This document shows positions 41,218 through 55,607 of a stretch of 64,000 nucleotides of DNA, in pieces. Origin of the DNA: Octopus sinensis (lineage: Eukaryota); assembly GCF_006345805.1 (NCBI RefSeq), contig NC_043003.1, positions 85,870,001-85,934,000 of the forward strand, in the 5' to 3' direction. Position 1 is the stretch's first letter. Each line of letters opens with the position of its first letter. Both the position numbers and the translations under genes were made by a program. The notes below the pieces were generated by a model. The model had not been told where the DNA came from. It made no database searches and saw only the letters and a list, made by a program, of their open reading frames with translations.

Positions 41218-41268
41218 TTGTATATGTATATAATATATATATATATATTATATATATTTATGTATATA

Positions 41269-41300
<32 letters not shown>

Positions 41301-41441
41301 ATATATATATATATATATATAATATATATGTATATATGTATATATGTAAATATATATATAATATATATATATATTGTATATATATATTTATGTATATATG
41401 TATATATATATATATATATATAATATATATGTATATATGTA

Positions 41442-41473
<32 letters not shown>

Positions 41474-41498
41474 CATACATATATATACATATATACAT

Positions 41499-41537
<39 letters not shown>

Positions 41538-41782
41538 ACAGGATAGACATGACTGAAGCATCTTTAACCATAGATCTGGTAAACTAGGGATGATAAAAGG
41601 TTGTCCAATAACAACAATAACCACAACAACAGCCACTACGTTCGAAAGCTATTTGTGTTTGGGACGCATCACAGAAGATTTTTTTTTCTTCATGTTGTGT
41701 ATTAAAGGTATGCCAGTTAAGGAGAGCCCAAACTATACCAACACGAGAAAACACACTAAAATATAATAAAAAAAACAAAACA

Positions 41783-41940
41783 AGGAGTGGCTGTGTGGTA
41801 AGTAGCTTGCTAACCAGCCACATGGTTCCGGGTTCAGTCCCACTGCGTGGCATCTTGGGCAAGTGTCTTCTGCTATAGCCCCGGGCCGACCAATGCCTTG
41901 TGAGTGGATTTGGTAGACGGAAACTGAAAGAAGCCTGTCG

Positions 41941-41975
<35 letters not shown>

Positions 41976-42213
41976 GCGTTTGTTTGTGTGTCTGTGTTTG
42001 TCCCCCTAGCATTGCTTGACAACCGATGCTGGTGTGTTTATGTCCCCGTTACTTAGCGGTTCGGCAAAAGAGACCGATAGAATAATTACTGGGCTTACAA
42101 AAAGAATAAGTCCCGGGGTCGAGTTGCTCGATTAAAGGCGGTGCTCCAGCATGGCCGCAGTCAGATGACTGAAACAAGTAAAATAGTAAAATAGTAAAAT
42201 AGTAAAAATAGTA
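41783..42213 (+). mobile_element. Full-length SINE family C with internal (TA)n
   Basis: A box tggctgtgtgg; B-box-like ggttcagtccc; CORE-like cttgggcaagtg; (agtaaaat)n tail; another copy at 56355-56731 (-). Confidence 0.92.
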
Positions 42214-43669
42214 AGTCAACGTAACTGCTTTTTAATTATAAGCTCCTCAGATTATTTATTACCTCATCACCTTTTACATTTAAGTGGAATGGAGATTAGA
42301 TATTCATTGCTTTTTCTACAGATATAGAGCAGCATCAATGGCTAAGTGTGACAAGGAAAACCTTCGAATTGTAGTTTGCTACCTTAACAATTCGGCCTGT
42401 GCCAACAGTTCATAAGGAAATCTTAAGCTAATGAGGCTTATATAAACTGTTTGAAGACTAAACTTCAATAGCGAATCTTAGTCGTCGTTCAGAATATTTG
42501 AAGCAAGCTTCTATGCGTGAGGCCAAGGATATCGACGGCTAAAAATTGAAAATGAAAAAAAGTTTAGTGAAATGACTTAAATGTACAAGGAAGTTGCAAT
42601 GCAGACTCACTTGTCTGTGAGCTTGACACAAGTTTCCGGCATTCGCTCAGGAAATAGTTTTAAATGTTTGTCACAGCAGAAATACCATGTCCAAACATCT
42701 GAATCATAGTTTTGGAATTTTTTATATTTTTAAAGAGCAAAGATAAAATTAAAAACAGAATTCTTTGAGTTGATTGAACTAACGGAAGGAGAATTTTTAT
42801 AGGTGACTAATTGTTTCTTAATCGATATTGTCTGTCTCTTGACCAATACACACACATGGAAACAGGCTTATTTACAAGATCTATGATAACTATTTTGGAA
42901 AGGCATTGTAAGAAATTTCGTTAGAAGTGATATCAATATTGCATTCTTAATTAGTTATGTGAGGAATTATGGGTCGGAGAAATAGTTGAACAGAAATATT
43001 TGATTGAAAATCTTTTCAAATCTCTGGAAGTTATTTAAATTATTAAAATATATATTACAGTCGAAATTCGATTTTGGGCGAATTATATTGATTCGACCTA
43101 TAACATGTCATACTCAACAAAAGTATATCTCTTTGTTATTGTTGTTCAGCTTCAAGTTAAGACTGATCGGATCGACCTATCACCTAAAGGATGAAAGACA
43201 CAACATCTCTATTTCCACAAATATAACTGTATTCTCCAGTGTATCCCTTTGAAGGCAACCGAGCACCATTTGAGGTGATAATTTGGCTGTTCTGTTGTTG
43301 AAGATTGAGCCAGTACGTTGAGACTTCATTGATTGCTTGAGATGGCTGACAATTCATTCCTCATTTTTATTTATATTCAACAAAACATGAAACAGTTCTC
43401 TGTTGAATGCATTACATCTTAAAGAAGTCTCTTAATTTCACTAACTCTCATGCTCTTAGAAGAAACATCAGAACGATATCTGTCTATTTCACCAGAAAAC
43501 GAATAAACCTCTATTCAGTCGCTGGATCTACTAAAAATAGCAGCCAAATATCCCTCATATCACACTCCATAAAAGACGGAGAACAGCTGCATCACATACC
43601 AGAGCGTCGTCATATGAAACCTTTTTGTTGTTACAATATCCCCTGCCCAAAAAATCCGCAACACACACA

Positions 43670-43705
<36 letters not shown>

Positions 43706-43792
43706 TGTATGTATGTATGTATGTATGTATGTATGTATGTATGTATACAGGCATGTATCCATGTATGCACTTGGTATTTCCAATATTATTGC

Positions 43793-43834
<42 letters not shown>

Positions 43835-43982
43835 CGGTATTGGCATCTAAAAGACACAAAGAGTAGCAGGTAACGCTAAGTAAGTGCTTTGGACAGACCG
43901 TAGTTGAACTCTTGGTTCGATAATGATATGAGTGAGGAGTCTAATGTGGGTCTTGTATTAGCATGCATATATATATATTATG

Positions 43983-44484
43983 CAACATGAAATGACAGGG
44001 CTAAGGTTGTGAGGAATTTTCTGGACATTTATGAGGAAAAAGATATAGATATAGTCCTACGGTTACTTCTGGGATATTATGGATATCCCTTCATCAGAGA
44101 CGATGTGAGATGGTTAAATAGAGGAAACTATTTGAGTTCGAAATAAGGAATTATTAAGGAAAAGGAGAAAATAGTGAATATAGAGGGAAATAAGAGAATG
44201 AAAGTAGAAATAAAATACAAAAATACATGGAGCTGCTACTAGAATATCTTTATGTATTTTATTTCTACTTTCATTCTCTTATTCCCTCTATATTCGCTAT
44301 CTCCTCCTTTTCCATAATAATTCCTTATTTCGAACTCAAATATTTTCCTCTATTTAACCATCTTACATCGTCTCTGATGAAGGGATATCCATGATATCCG
44401 AGAAATAGCTGTTAGACTATATATCGTTTTCCTTATAAATGTTCTGAAAACTCCCCACAACCTTGGCTTTGTTATCTCATTTTG

Positions 44485-44485
<1 letters not shown>
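43983..44485. mobile_element. ~240-bp-arm inverted repeat (inverted PLE pseudo-LTRs) with hammerhead motif at 44370-44417
   Basis: Arms ~43983-44228 and ~44251-44485; gtct CTGATGA a gggatatc(cat)gatatccg a GAAA tagctg TT agac. Confidence 0.8.
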
Positions 44486-44537
<52 letters not shown>

Positions 44538-44587
44538 TACATATATATATACATATATATATATATGTGTGTATGTATGTATGTATG

Positions 44588-44639
<52 letters not shown>

Positions 44640-46511
44640 ATACACATATATATGTAACTCTTTCTTTTTCTCTCTCTCTTTATATATAGGAATGCTTTCG
44701 TCGATTCCTAACATTATTGTATTTTACAGCTTTTTTTTTTTACAAATGATGCATATCTTGCATAATTTTATTTTATTTTAGACCAATCCAGTGTCGTCTT
44801 CAAGGTTATGTTCGGATTACATAGGTATGAATCTGATTGGTTGCATAAAAACGAAAGTTTTCCCAGTGAACTAGGTTCTGTACAGAATGTTGGAATAGAC
44901 AAAAAATACATGCAGTTTTCTTGTAGATTATTATAATAAGAGAATTTGTTTCCTTTACATATTTCCTTTCGATTCAATTTTTTGTTGCCATGTCAAATAC
45001 TGTAGATAACATGAATTTGTTTTAGATTTTAATATTGTCAATATTTCATAGATAGTTTTCAGCTGATTGCATTGATATAAGGTTTCTGTATGTATTGCTA
45101 TTATATGGCAAGAGGAATTTTCAGAACCTGCTTTATAAATATTGCAAAAAAGAAGAAAATACCCAAAACCTACTCAAAATTAAAGAGAGAAACGGTATTT
45201 CAGAGAATTCACATAGAGCAGGATATAAAATTATACTCTTTTCCTTGCCAAATGAATGAGAAAAGATCTTGATAAGTATAATCACATCGTTTTGAATAAC
45301 TCTATGCTGCATGATATGCGTCCTAAATGTACGAAGGACATTAAGTTGTGAAGCCATAGAATGACGGAAGAGTGGTGATTGCAATGAACAAGGAAAAACA
45401 TACATATAAGCATATACGTTCATTTACATTACATTCCCAGTAAATATGCCTATGTATTTATGATGTGTAAATGTATTGTAATATTTTTAATAGCCATATA
45501 TTCATTTGACTATGCACATAATCCTGTAAGCATATTTTATATTTATTATTAACCTACACAATATTAGAAATCTGGTCAGTCACATACACACACATACTCA
45601 CACACATTCTCTCACACACGCATACACACAAACACACACACGCTCAGACACATACACACAGACATATATATGAAAGTATGTATATGACAAAAAGAAGGAA
45701 TAGAAGCAAACAAAATAATAGTTATCATTTCTCTTTGTTAGACAATAGAAGCCTTGCATATTATGCAAAACGTGATATGCAGGATTGTAAAATGTTTAAA
45801 GTTGTAGAATTAAAATATGCGCCCTCCAGCAATGCGATGCCACCACACATATGCTTTCAGGGCATCCACTGACAAATACAATGCCCCATAAATCTGTAAG
45901 AGCGGAAAATAACTATATACGAAAGTCAACGGTGGCTCAAAAGCTCTGAGAAATAGCTTTTGAGACGCTGTGGAATCATTACAAGAGAAGATAGGCTTTA
46001 AACGTACAAGACCAATTTTTAACGACAAATACTTACAAAACTAAAGAAAATTTGCTAACAATGTATGCAAGCTGTAAAATCAGTATACCGATATCAATGT
46101 AAAACTGATGAATGAAACATGCGTGCACTATAGTACATGAAAAAAAAAAACAAACCTGGCTACACTCGTCTGCGATATGCTTGTTACATATGACAAGGAA
46201 ATCAAACTAAATCGCCTAGACATAATTATATCAAAATAACCGGATCGAAAACGTCTGTACTTTTACAAACTCTTCAATAAATGTACAAGAAAGTTGAAAC
46301 TGCAATTAGCTAGCTGGGGAGTGGGGTTTCTTAAAAATGGAAGCTGTATGAAAATTAATTGGAGAATGAAGTTGGATGAGAACTGCGAACAAAAATATAA
46401 AAAAACTATATCAAATCTCACAACGTCATATGTTGTTCATAAAATAACCGTGCCATAATAATGCATCCAATAGCTTCATTAGTAATTTTTTTACTAGTTA
46501 CAGAACCTTCA

Positions 46512-46555
<44 letters not shown>

Positions 46556-46606
46556 ATATATATTTATTTTATAGAACGAGCTTCTACAGGACTAGAACTG
46601 TTTCAT

Positions 46607-46659
46607 GAGCTTCCTGATGATTTCTTCTGAATGAAACAGTTCTAGTCCTGTAGAAGCTC
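46607..46659 (+). ncRNA. Near-intact type-I hammerhead ribozyme within a 45-bp-arm hairpin (46562-46675)
   Basis: gagcttc CTGATGA t-ttc(ttct)gaa-t GAAA cag(ttctagtc)ctg TA gaagctc. Confidence 0.75.
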
Positions 46660-46859
46660 CTTCTATAAAATAAATTAATTTACTCTGCTATGTATTGAGT
46701 ACCTTATTTACTGTGGTTAACCCCGACTCAACCCGGGACCTACATATATATATATATATATATATCTGTGTGTGTATACACACACATATATACACATATA
46801 TATTTACATTAATACATACGGACGGACACAAATATATATGCCTGTCTATCTATTTATCT

Positions 46860-47155
46860 GGTGGAGGAACATGGCCTAGTGGTTAAAGTAGCGGACTCGC
46901 GGTCGAGGGATCGCGGGTTCGAATCTCAGACCGGGCGATGTGTGTGCTTATGAGCGAAACACCTAAGCTCCACGCGGCTCCGGCAGAAGGTAATGGCGAA
47001 ATTCTGCTGACTCTTTCGTCACAACTTTCTCTCACTGTTTCCTACAGTTTCCTACGACGGACCGGCGTTCCATCCAGGTGGGGAACCTACAAGCCAAGGA
47101 AACCGGGAAACTGGCCCTAATGAGCCATGAATGGCTCGAGAAGGCACAAACGAAA
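46860..47155 (+). mobile_element. SINE head/core B + tail T2
   Basis: tggcctagtgg..ggttcgaatct; core acacctaagctccacgcggctccggcag; tail gaaaccgggaaactggccc. Confidence 0.85.
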
Positions 47156-47161
47156 CAAAGA

Positions 47162-47395
<234 letters not shown>

Positions 47396-47665
47396 TTTGT
47401 GTGTGTGTATGAGAGGAAAACACAACATGAAAAACAGGTTAAAAATTTATGGCAATGAAATAAAAACGTATAATATAATCTATTGAGGTAGGACATAATG
47501 CTTTCCGGACATCGCCATGACACGGATGATATCTTTTCATAATTAGATAAAATTATTTTCAAATCATATAAAACATCCTGTTTATTCTGAAACATGAAAA
47601 CATCCATTAATACGCATACATAATTATGATTACTATCGTTATTACTCAGCTATAGATCTACTAAG

Positions 47666-47753
<88 letters not shown>

Positions 47754-47799
47754 GTCTATCTATCTGTCTGTCTGTCTATCTACACACACGCTCACACAG

Positions 47800-47963
47800 C
47801 AAAACAAGGTGAAAAAATAGTATTCGAATACTAAAGATAAAGTAATATACTTTTTATTAAAGATGCTAATTCATCAGAGTTTCACGTTCACATTCGCCGA
47901 ACAACTGTCAGACGAACGGGAACGTGAAACCCTGAATAACAGTTCTCTGATAATTTTGTAGCT

Positions 47964-47965
<2 letters not shown>
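47800..47965. mobile_element. Short inverted PLE-like terminal repeats with hammerhead-like motif at 47903-47944 (+)
   Basis: aactgt CAGACGA acg(ggaa)cgt GAAA ccctgaa TA acagtt; inverted partner gtttcacgttc at ~47879. Confidence 0.55.
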
Positions 47966-47994
<29 letters not shown>

Positions 47995-48376
47995 TTGGAA
48001 ATTGATGCGTAGCGTTCAATTAAATGATATTATAAATAATATATATATGCATATATGGGTACACAACTGTGTAAACAACATGAAGTACGAAAACAAACTA
48101 GTTAAATAACACAAAGAACAACCCTTCATCGGTTATCGACTGTCTATCTACTCCTCTTTTCGAGCATTCAACGACAATATGAGTCTTCGAAGACAGTTGC
48201 ACCCATAAATTCCAAAATGAATTTGGATTTATGGAGCGTCAAAGTTGGGAACAATAACAGGACAGTGGTGACACACAAGAAAACCGAGCGAAAACAAACG
48301 TGGGGGATCGTTAGATAAGAACGAGAAGAAAATAGTGGACTCTGGGAGAAATATTTTCTTTGAAAACAGAAAATAT

Positions 48377-48436
<60 letters not shown>

Positions 48437-50684
48437 AGAGTCCAATTTCTCTGTGGCTAAGAATGTTCGCTTAAAAATTAAGGAATTACATTACTGGAGT
48501 TACGTTATTGAAATTACGTTACTGGAGATTCTACTGTCATACTAACAAAAAACAAAAAAACAAAAACGTGGTTATGCCAAATGACATTTCCTTTTGTTTT
48601 GTGCCACGCGCTACGCTTTTAAAATCAAAGAAAAATATGTCTCATGAAGAATATGCTTCAAATGTCGAAAGTGGTCTTCAAATATTTCTCAAGCGTTAAA
48701 ACTTTCTTCAAATTCACGGAAAAACAGGCGTTCAGACTATTGAAAGGCATTCAAACTATTCAAGCATTGTTGAGCCAACTACTGAAGACTTTTCTCAAAC
48801 ACCTAACAAGTTTGGCTCATTTGCGCTAACTGCAGAATTATTTAAGTGTACCGTCGATAAACAAAATGACTTGAAATATTGCAGGGGATTTGATTTCGAT
48901 AAGTCTTGGATGTTTCTAACTGATGCACAGAACAGCGCTATCTGGATACAATAGTTTGCAGAAAAATTCTCAGGAGAAATCAACTAGTGATAGGTATAAT
49001 ATATAAAAATATAGAAGAGGAGGCTCCGAAATTCTGGAACTCCATTCCTGAATTTTTTGTGGCGTTGAAAAATTTTGCAGTAGCAATGTTATAGTACTTT
49101 CCTCAATACATATCTGTGAATTATTGTTTTCAATGATAAGCCAGTGCAGCGTACATTTTCCTTTCTTTGATTTTTTTTTGTATTAGTGTTTATATTTCAT
49201 ATTCTTAAATTAGAGTAAAATAAAAGCGGTGAAATGGCTGAATCCTTACAAACTTTTTTTTAGCGACATTTTTTCCGGCTTTTTAGTTTGAGTTCAAACT
49301 CCGCTGATGTCAGATTTTGCTTTCCTCCTTTCCGGATCGATAAACTAAAGCATCAGTCAAGTACTGGGGTCAATGTAATCAACTTGTCCCCTCCCGCAAA
49401 ATAAAGTACCTGTCGTTTAAACTCTCTCCGCAAAATTACTGGCCCTCTACCTAAATTAGACACAGTTATTAAGGTAAAATATATTACATTAAAATATATG
49501 TAATTTGTGTATTGTCTTGTTTCAAAACATTGAAAATAATTTTTGTAAGGTGTTTATAATGTACAGTTGTGTTTATAGCGTACAATTGTGTTTGCAAACT
49601 TGGTTTTCAATTGTCTTTAGAAGACTATAGCCATGAATAATTCTTTCAACATGCTTTGTAAACTATTTTCATGTATTTCAATTTCCGTTTTATATTTCTG
49701 TTAAAAGTAAAATATGACAAGAACAAATATGAAGACTTCTCTATTTTTTCCTGAAAAATGATCCATTATCATTTTTATTTATTCATTAAATTTACTTTTT
49801 ATATTTATTACTTTTTATCAGTAAAAGATGTAATTCATAAAACAATTCTGTTAAAACAGTTTAGAAGTTATTGATTGTCTAAAGCAAGAATTCTTTAATA
49901 ATATTTTGTTTTTCTATAAAATAATTTATATAGGAGCAAATTTCAAATACAAATAAAATTGAAATTCTACGCCAAAACTATTTCTTCGAGCGCGTATATT
50001 AATTTTGGTTCTTAGAATATTATCGTCAATGCCGGCAGATGCGCTCAAAATTTTCACCACCCTGGATTTAAGATGTCAAATAATCTGATATCTTTACCTA
50101 GTTTACGCAGCCTTACTTAAGACTTAACTAAATCTTCATTCACAAATACCTTATGATGATCTATATTAAACCCATTAACTATCTTTTCTGTTGGCTCATA
50201 ACTAAAAAGTCTCTGAAGCAGGTGAAAAATGTAAACTCACTACCACTATTAAAAATCGAAATTATCATTTAGTTTTCAAAACGTATTAGAAGAAATGCAA
50301 AATCTAAGTTAAACTATATACTTTAAGCTTTGAATTTTTATACAAAAAACAGGGCTTAAACATTCTCTGCAAATACTCAAATTCTTCCCTTCTCCCTGTC
50401 ATTACGGCTTTTAGAAACGTGTTCTCTAACTTAACTTCTTTTTTTTTCTAATAACTTCCGATATAGCTATGAGTACGAATATATAAGTTCTAATTTTTGA
50501 CGAATTTCGTTTATAGAGGAGATTGTGTTTCTATCGCAGTGGCTATTCAGAAGAAAAAAAAAAACTCCAGCGAAATACATAAAGAATTATACTGCCTAAC
50601 AGAACTGAATTCTTAAATTCATGGGATTTTATTTGTTTTAGCAGTTACATATTTGTTCCCCACCCCACAAAAACTCATATATTA

Positions 50685-50880
50685 ACGCCATATTCTAAGA
50701 AGCAGAGGCCTGGAAAATATTATCATGGAAGGAAAAGTAGAGGGTAGTAGATAAAGAGGCAAGCAAAGAACGCAGTGGATGGACAATATCACAAACTAGT
50801 TGAACAAGAAATGGAAGGTAGCTATAGAACTCGTGCTTAAACGGAGACTTTCGTTGTGGTGTCATCAATGCGCTGCAGAC
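50685..50880 (+). pseudogene. RTE LINE 3' fragment
   Basis: HILRSRGLENIIMEGKVEGSR*RGKQRTQWMDNI. Confidence 0.8.
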
Positions 50881-50948
50881 AAATAGCTAAAATTTGCCGT
50901 TTATAATTATATCATATGTTACACCATATGTTACACATACACACATAT

Positions 50949-51038
<90 letters not shown>

Positions 51039-51055
51039 ATATATATATATATCTT

Positions 51056-51781
51056 CTAGCTTAAAAGCCGCGCAATAGGGCGGTTGTTAAGCTAGCTCCT
51101 GTGGAGGGCTCTTCATTGGGCCTAGGGACCGACAATGACACTTCACGCATTGAATACACATTAATTTTTATTAAACTTGACCAATATTTCCCAAGCAATG
51201 GACAATTTTCATCAAAACAATGATATAATTTGTCGACTTGGAACTTATTGCAAAGCTTCCTGATAAACAATATTTTTTGCCTTTCCATTCAGGGGTAAGA
51301 AAATTTTTTTTCTGTCTAACCTCTTCTTTCTCTCTCTCTCTCTTTCTGTTGATTGTTTTCAACTATCACCAGTACCACCACCAACGCTACCACAACTGCC
51401 ATACACACACCATTCACACTTCTGACGTTACCACCATCAATGCTTCTGAATTTGCCGCTTTCCCCTCCACCACCATCACCACTATCTTTCTCATCACTTA
51501 CTTCGGTACCATCACCACTGTCTTTCACTTCGCTTACTATCACCGTTATCTCTGACTGACCATCACGACCATTATTACCATCGCCTCCGCATCTAACTAC
51601 AGCTCATACTATTACTATCACTCTATTACCGTCACAACCGTCAATCTACTAACTTCTCTATTCCTACTATTACTCTCACCCCATCACGAGGAGTAGTGGA
51701 AGTGTCATTGAACAGTGAATGAGGGGTCAAAGTGTGACACATTAACACACAGAAATTCATTTTGGTATTTATTATTATAGA
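51056..51781 (-). mobile_element. Non-autonomous Helitron-like element, copy 2
   Basis: 5' TCTATAATAATAAA; 3' GC-rich hairpin followed by AAGCTAG; no TSD. Confidence 0.75.
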
Positions 51782-51796
51782 TATATATTATTATAG

Positions 51797-51844
<48 letters not shown>

Positions 51845-52002
51845 TTATAATAATAATGATAATCTACTTGTTCGTTCACCAGTTATACCTTAGTTATTTA
51901 GAGAAGGGATCGAGTGAGTAGTGAGAGGTGCAGTAAAAGTAAAAAGAAGAGAAAGGGGAGGAGAGAGAGTAGAGAAGAAAGGAATAAGTAGAAAAAGACA
52001 AT

Positions 52003-52085
52003 TGTTGGCATCCTTTTTTGTCTCGGGAGACAATGGAGTTGCGCATAAAGTAGTCTAGTCCGGCTTTTATAACAATATTGATACA
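52003..52085 (-). mobile_element. RTE 3'-terminal fragment, same family as 57222-58196
   Basis: ggcatcctt..tgtctcgggagacaatggagttgcgcat..gtccggctttta is shared. Confidence 0.75.
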
Positions 52086-54497
52086 CAATAAGGCCAAAAC
52101 CATCACGTGGTAAGTTGAAAAGAGAGGGGAAGAGCAAGAGAAAAAGGCAGCGGGAGAAAAGAGGAAGAGGGAAGTGTTAACAACGCGCTGTAAGATGGGG
52201 AGGGGAAGGTAAAGAGAAGAGAAAGGATACAATATTTAACAGAGGGTGATGTTCTGGTGGTAAGGTTAAAGAAAGGCAGATAGAGAGATGGACAGGTGAG
52301 ATAGTTACATTAAAAGAGAGAGAGAGGGAGTGTGTGTGTGAGAGAGAGGGAGAGAAGGTGGGGGAGAGAGATGGGGAGAGAGGGTGAGAGAGAGAGGGAG
52401 AGAAGGTGGGGGAGAGAGATGGGGAGAGAGGGTGAGAGAGAGAGTTTGTATTTTCAGAGTAGAGACACAGCGACGGCAAGAAAAACAAACAGCTGAACTG
52501 AAATGAGCTTTGTTACTGAAAACTATGGTGATGATGATGATGGTTGTTATGGTGGTGTTGGTGTATTGATAGTCAAAATATTTTTTTTATTGAAATAAAT
52601 CTCTAATATTCTTCTTCTAACTGTTTGTTCATAGTGTAAGCTTTAGTTTAATAGAGGAGGAGGTGGTGTAAGATGAAGAGGGAATATGAGAATGAGTGAG
52701 AGAGCAGACAGCCAACCGATGCATTATGTTGTCATTTATGTGAGAGGTGAAGAGAGAGACATGAAGAGGGGAATTACATGGTTAAAAAGTTTGTTGAAGG
52801 TATGCAGACCTGGGCAAACTTAGCGCGATACAAACTGGCACCAGCATCGCGGAAGGCGTTGCTGTAAGAACGCAAAAGGCCAGGACAGATACCACAAGGA
52901 AATTCATCTGATCCTTTGACATTTTCACCAATCTGCTACACTGCATTGTTATTTTATGTATCAATATCTGAATGGATAAAAAGTGAAGTTGATCTTAGCG
53001 GACTGGAACTCATAGCTTTAAGGATTTAAATTATTCCTTATTTATTTTATTATTCATTGATTTGAAAGTGCTGATCAAGTATGTTACAATATAGCAGCTT
53101 ATTTTAAGCAAACTGGTATTAAGGATTTTCTTATTTGTTATGCAGGAAAAAAGTTTTTTCTTTCTAGTTTGAGAAACGTTCCCCCTATCGACATACTTAG
53201 ATTTCTTGCAAATAGACTTTCTGCTTCTCTTCATCCTACTCAGATGTGTTCTTAAAGATTAATGGTTTGCTGGAAACCACTAGATGCAGGAGCATTGTTG
53301 TGGAAGCTAGCTACCTTATTCACTGACATAACAAATTGTCGAAATTCGCTTGCTCGGGTTATTGTTGTCCATAGATAACATTGGTTCATTAGGTTTAATG
53401 CATAGCTGAAATTATTCATTATTACAGCTGAATGTTATAGCTAAGAAATGAACTACATTAAGGTTAATAATTGTTATAATTTTTAGGTTCGTTATTAAAT
53501 CGCTTTATTAGGGCCTTACTTAAAATATCCACCTGCTGTCAGCTTATACTATTGCAGTTCAACATATCTCCATATCTAAAGTTATAGTAATATATATGTA
53601 ATGATATTTATATATAAACATGATTACATTAAACATTAACTGAATGAAGAACTCACTGCGTGAAGTAAAGTTAATTATATTTTTTGAGTGTGATAGTGAA
53701 TTCAAAGTTTCTCTAAAAAAAATGGCGCTTCAAACTTTTAGACTGATTGTCAGTTACACAATGTCCCTACCTACCTACCTACCTACCTATCTACCTACCT
53801 ACCTACCTATATACCTACCTACCTACCTACCTACCGACATACCTATTTCTTTACTATCCACAAGGGGCTAAACACAGAGAGGACAAACAAGAATAGACAA
53901 ACAAATTAAGTCGATTATATCGACCTCAGTGCGCAACTGGTAATTATTTAATCGATCCCGAAAGAATGAAAGGCAAAGTCGACCTCGGCGGAATTTGAAC
54001 TCAGAACGTAGCGGCAGACGAAATACCGCTAAGCATTTCGCCCGGCGTGCTAACGATTCTGCCAGCTCGCCGCCTACCTACTTACCTACCTACCTACCTA
54101 CCTACCTACCTGCCTATCTGCCTACATGCCTACTTACCTACCTACCTACCTACCTACCTACCTACCTACCTACATACATACAATCTATTAGTGATACAGT
54201 GAAGATTTGTAAGACATACCCCAACTTCTCCATCTGAGATACTTATGTGAACATACTTAAGCGTATGCATTGACAATTTAACCAACACACCAAAGCAAAC
54301 AAATATTCACAAATACTGGGAACTGTCTTAACTAAAAATGTCTTGTTACTTTGTTAGCAACCGGCTTGAACTCTCTCAAGAACTCTCTCATATATACATG
54401 ACGAAACATTTGCCCTGTTGGAATCATTTCCATACGTAATTATTATATTTTGTAGTAGGGGTTCTGAATGAGAGAAGATGCGAAGCAGCCACTAAAA

Positions 54498-55607
54498 ATG
54501 GCCGTGCAAAAGTTTTCAGCCACCTCACATACACCAATCAAGATACATTGCTTTAAAACAGAAAAATGTCTATAATGGAAGTTTATTACATAATGTTCAT
54601 TTCAAGAAGTTATTGTGCATTATTAATATTTCGTGTGGCTTCCCTTAGCTTCAATAATTGCTTCAATGAACCTAGGAATGAAATCCCATTCTCTGTGGGT
54701 GAGCTCTCACAACTATTCCAGACTGCGTGGATTCTTCTGACGAGCTCTTCTCTTTAGTTCTGTCCAATTTGCTCGATGATATTTAAGTCAGGGCTCTGAG
54801 CTGCTCAATCTTTCAATACGATAGCATCTTCATCAGCTAGACTCCATTGTATTTCACGCGATTTGTGGTACAGAGCTCCGTCATGCTGAAAAATCACACC
54901 TTCATCCAAGTCTGGTATCAAATTGTCCCTCAGCAACTGGATGTATTTGGCATTATTCATGTTACCGTCAATTTTAACCAACTTGTTTTTTGAACCGCCA
55001 CTTTTTATGTATCTCCAAAGCACCAGACTCTTACCCCTAAACATCACTGTTTTCATCGTATAACATGGGTCGTTTCGCTTTCTAATAAGCGAGAATTTGT
55101 CATAATTGTCACTACACAAGTGATCACGCGAAGTAGCCACACACACAAACACACAGAAACTCACATGCAAACAAGAACATGCAGACACACAAAAACACAT
55201 ACAGACACACACATGACACGCGATTGGTTCACAGATGCGCTGTCTTTTCACTGTGTCAATTCTTTTTTTTTTGTTGTTGCTACAGCCACTTCTTTTCCTC
55301 AGCTGTGTACTACCTTCAATCAAAATTCATCCGACGCGCCAGGCTCTCCTTCTCATTATCTCACGGTGCCTCATCTCCCGAACCTGTACTAAACATTGTC
55401 CGTAAGCGTTACAAGTCTTCTCGAGCCAAAGACATAGGTGCATTCGACGTTCATGTTAGATTTCAGAAAGCTTGCCAAAGCACGTGGACGAAAGAGGAAG
55501 TGCTGAGGGATTTAGGTGTGAGAAGGAATAAGTAAAAGGCTGAGAGCAGTATTTTTCAGAAAGAATCATCACACAAACGCGGGAGGCCGAAAAAGTTTGA
55601 CGGTATT
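54498..55607 (-). mobile_element. Tc1-like element with decayed transposase
   Basis: KIDGNMNNAKYIQLL..IFQHDGALYHKS..AQSPDLNIIE; imperfect TIRs ccgtgcaaaagttttcagccacc and ggaggccgaaaaagtttgacgg; CA-rich insert ~55120-55220. Confidence 0.85.

Noticed and set aside
46860-46935. tRNA-like sequence with A/B boxes (also other SINE heads)
   Set aside because: No proper acceptor stem, and it continues into a SINE body.
48140-48197. Minus-strand ctgtct TCGAAGA ... GAAA ... agacag as a hammerhead
   Set aside because: Stem I is present but the core, stem II and stem III fit poorly.
48640-48990. Possible hAT dimerisation-domain relic
   Set aside because: Only a weak xRLFS trace; needs a profile search.
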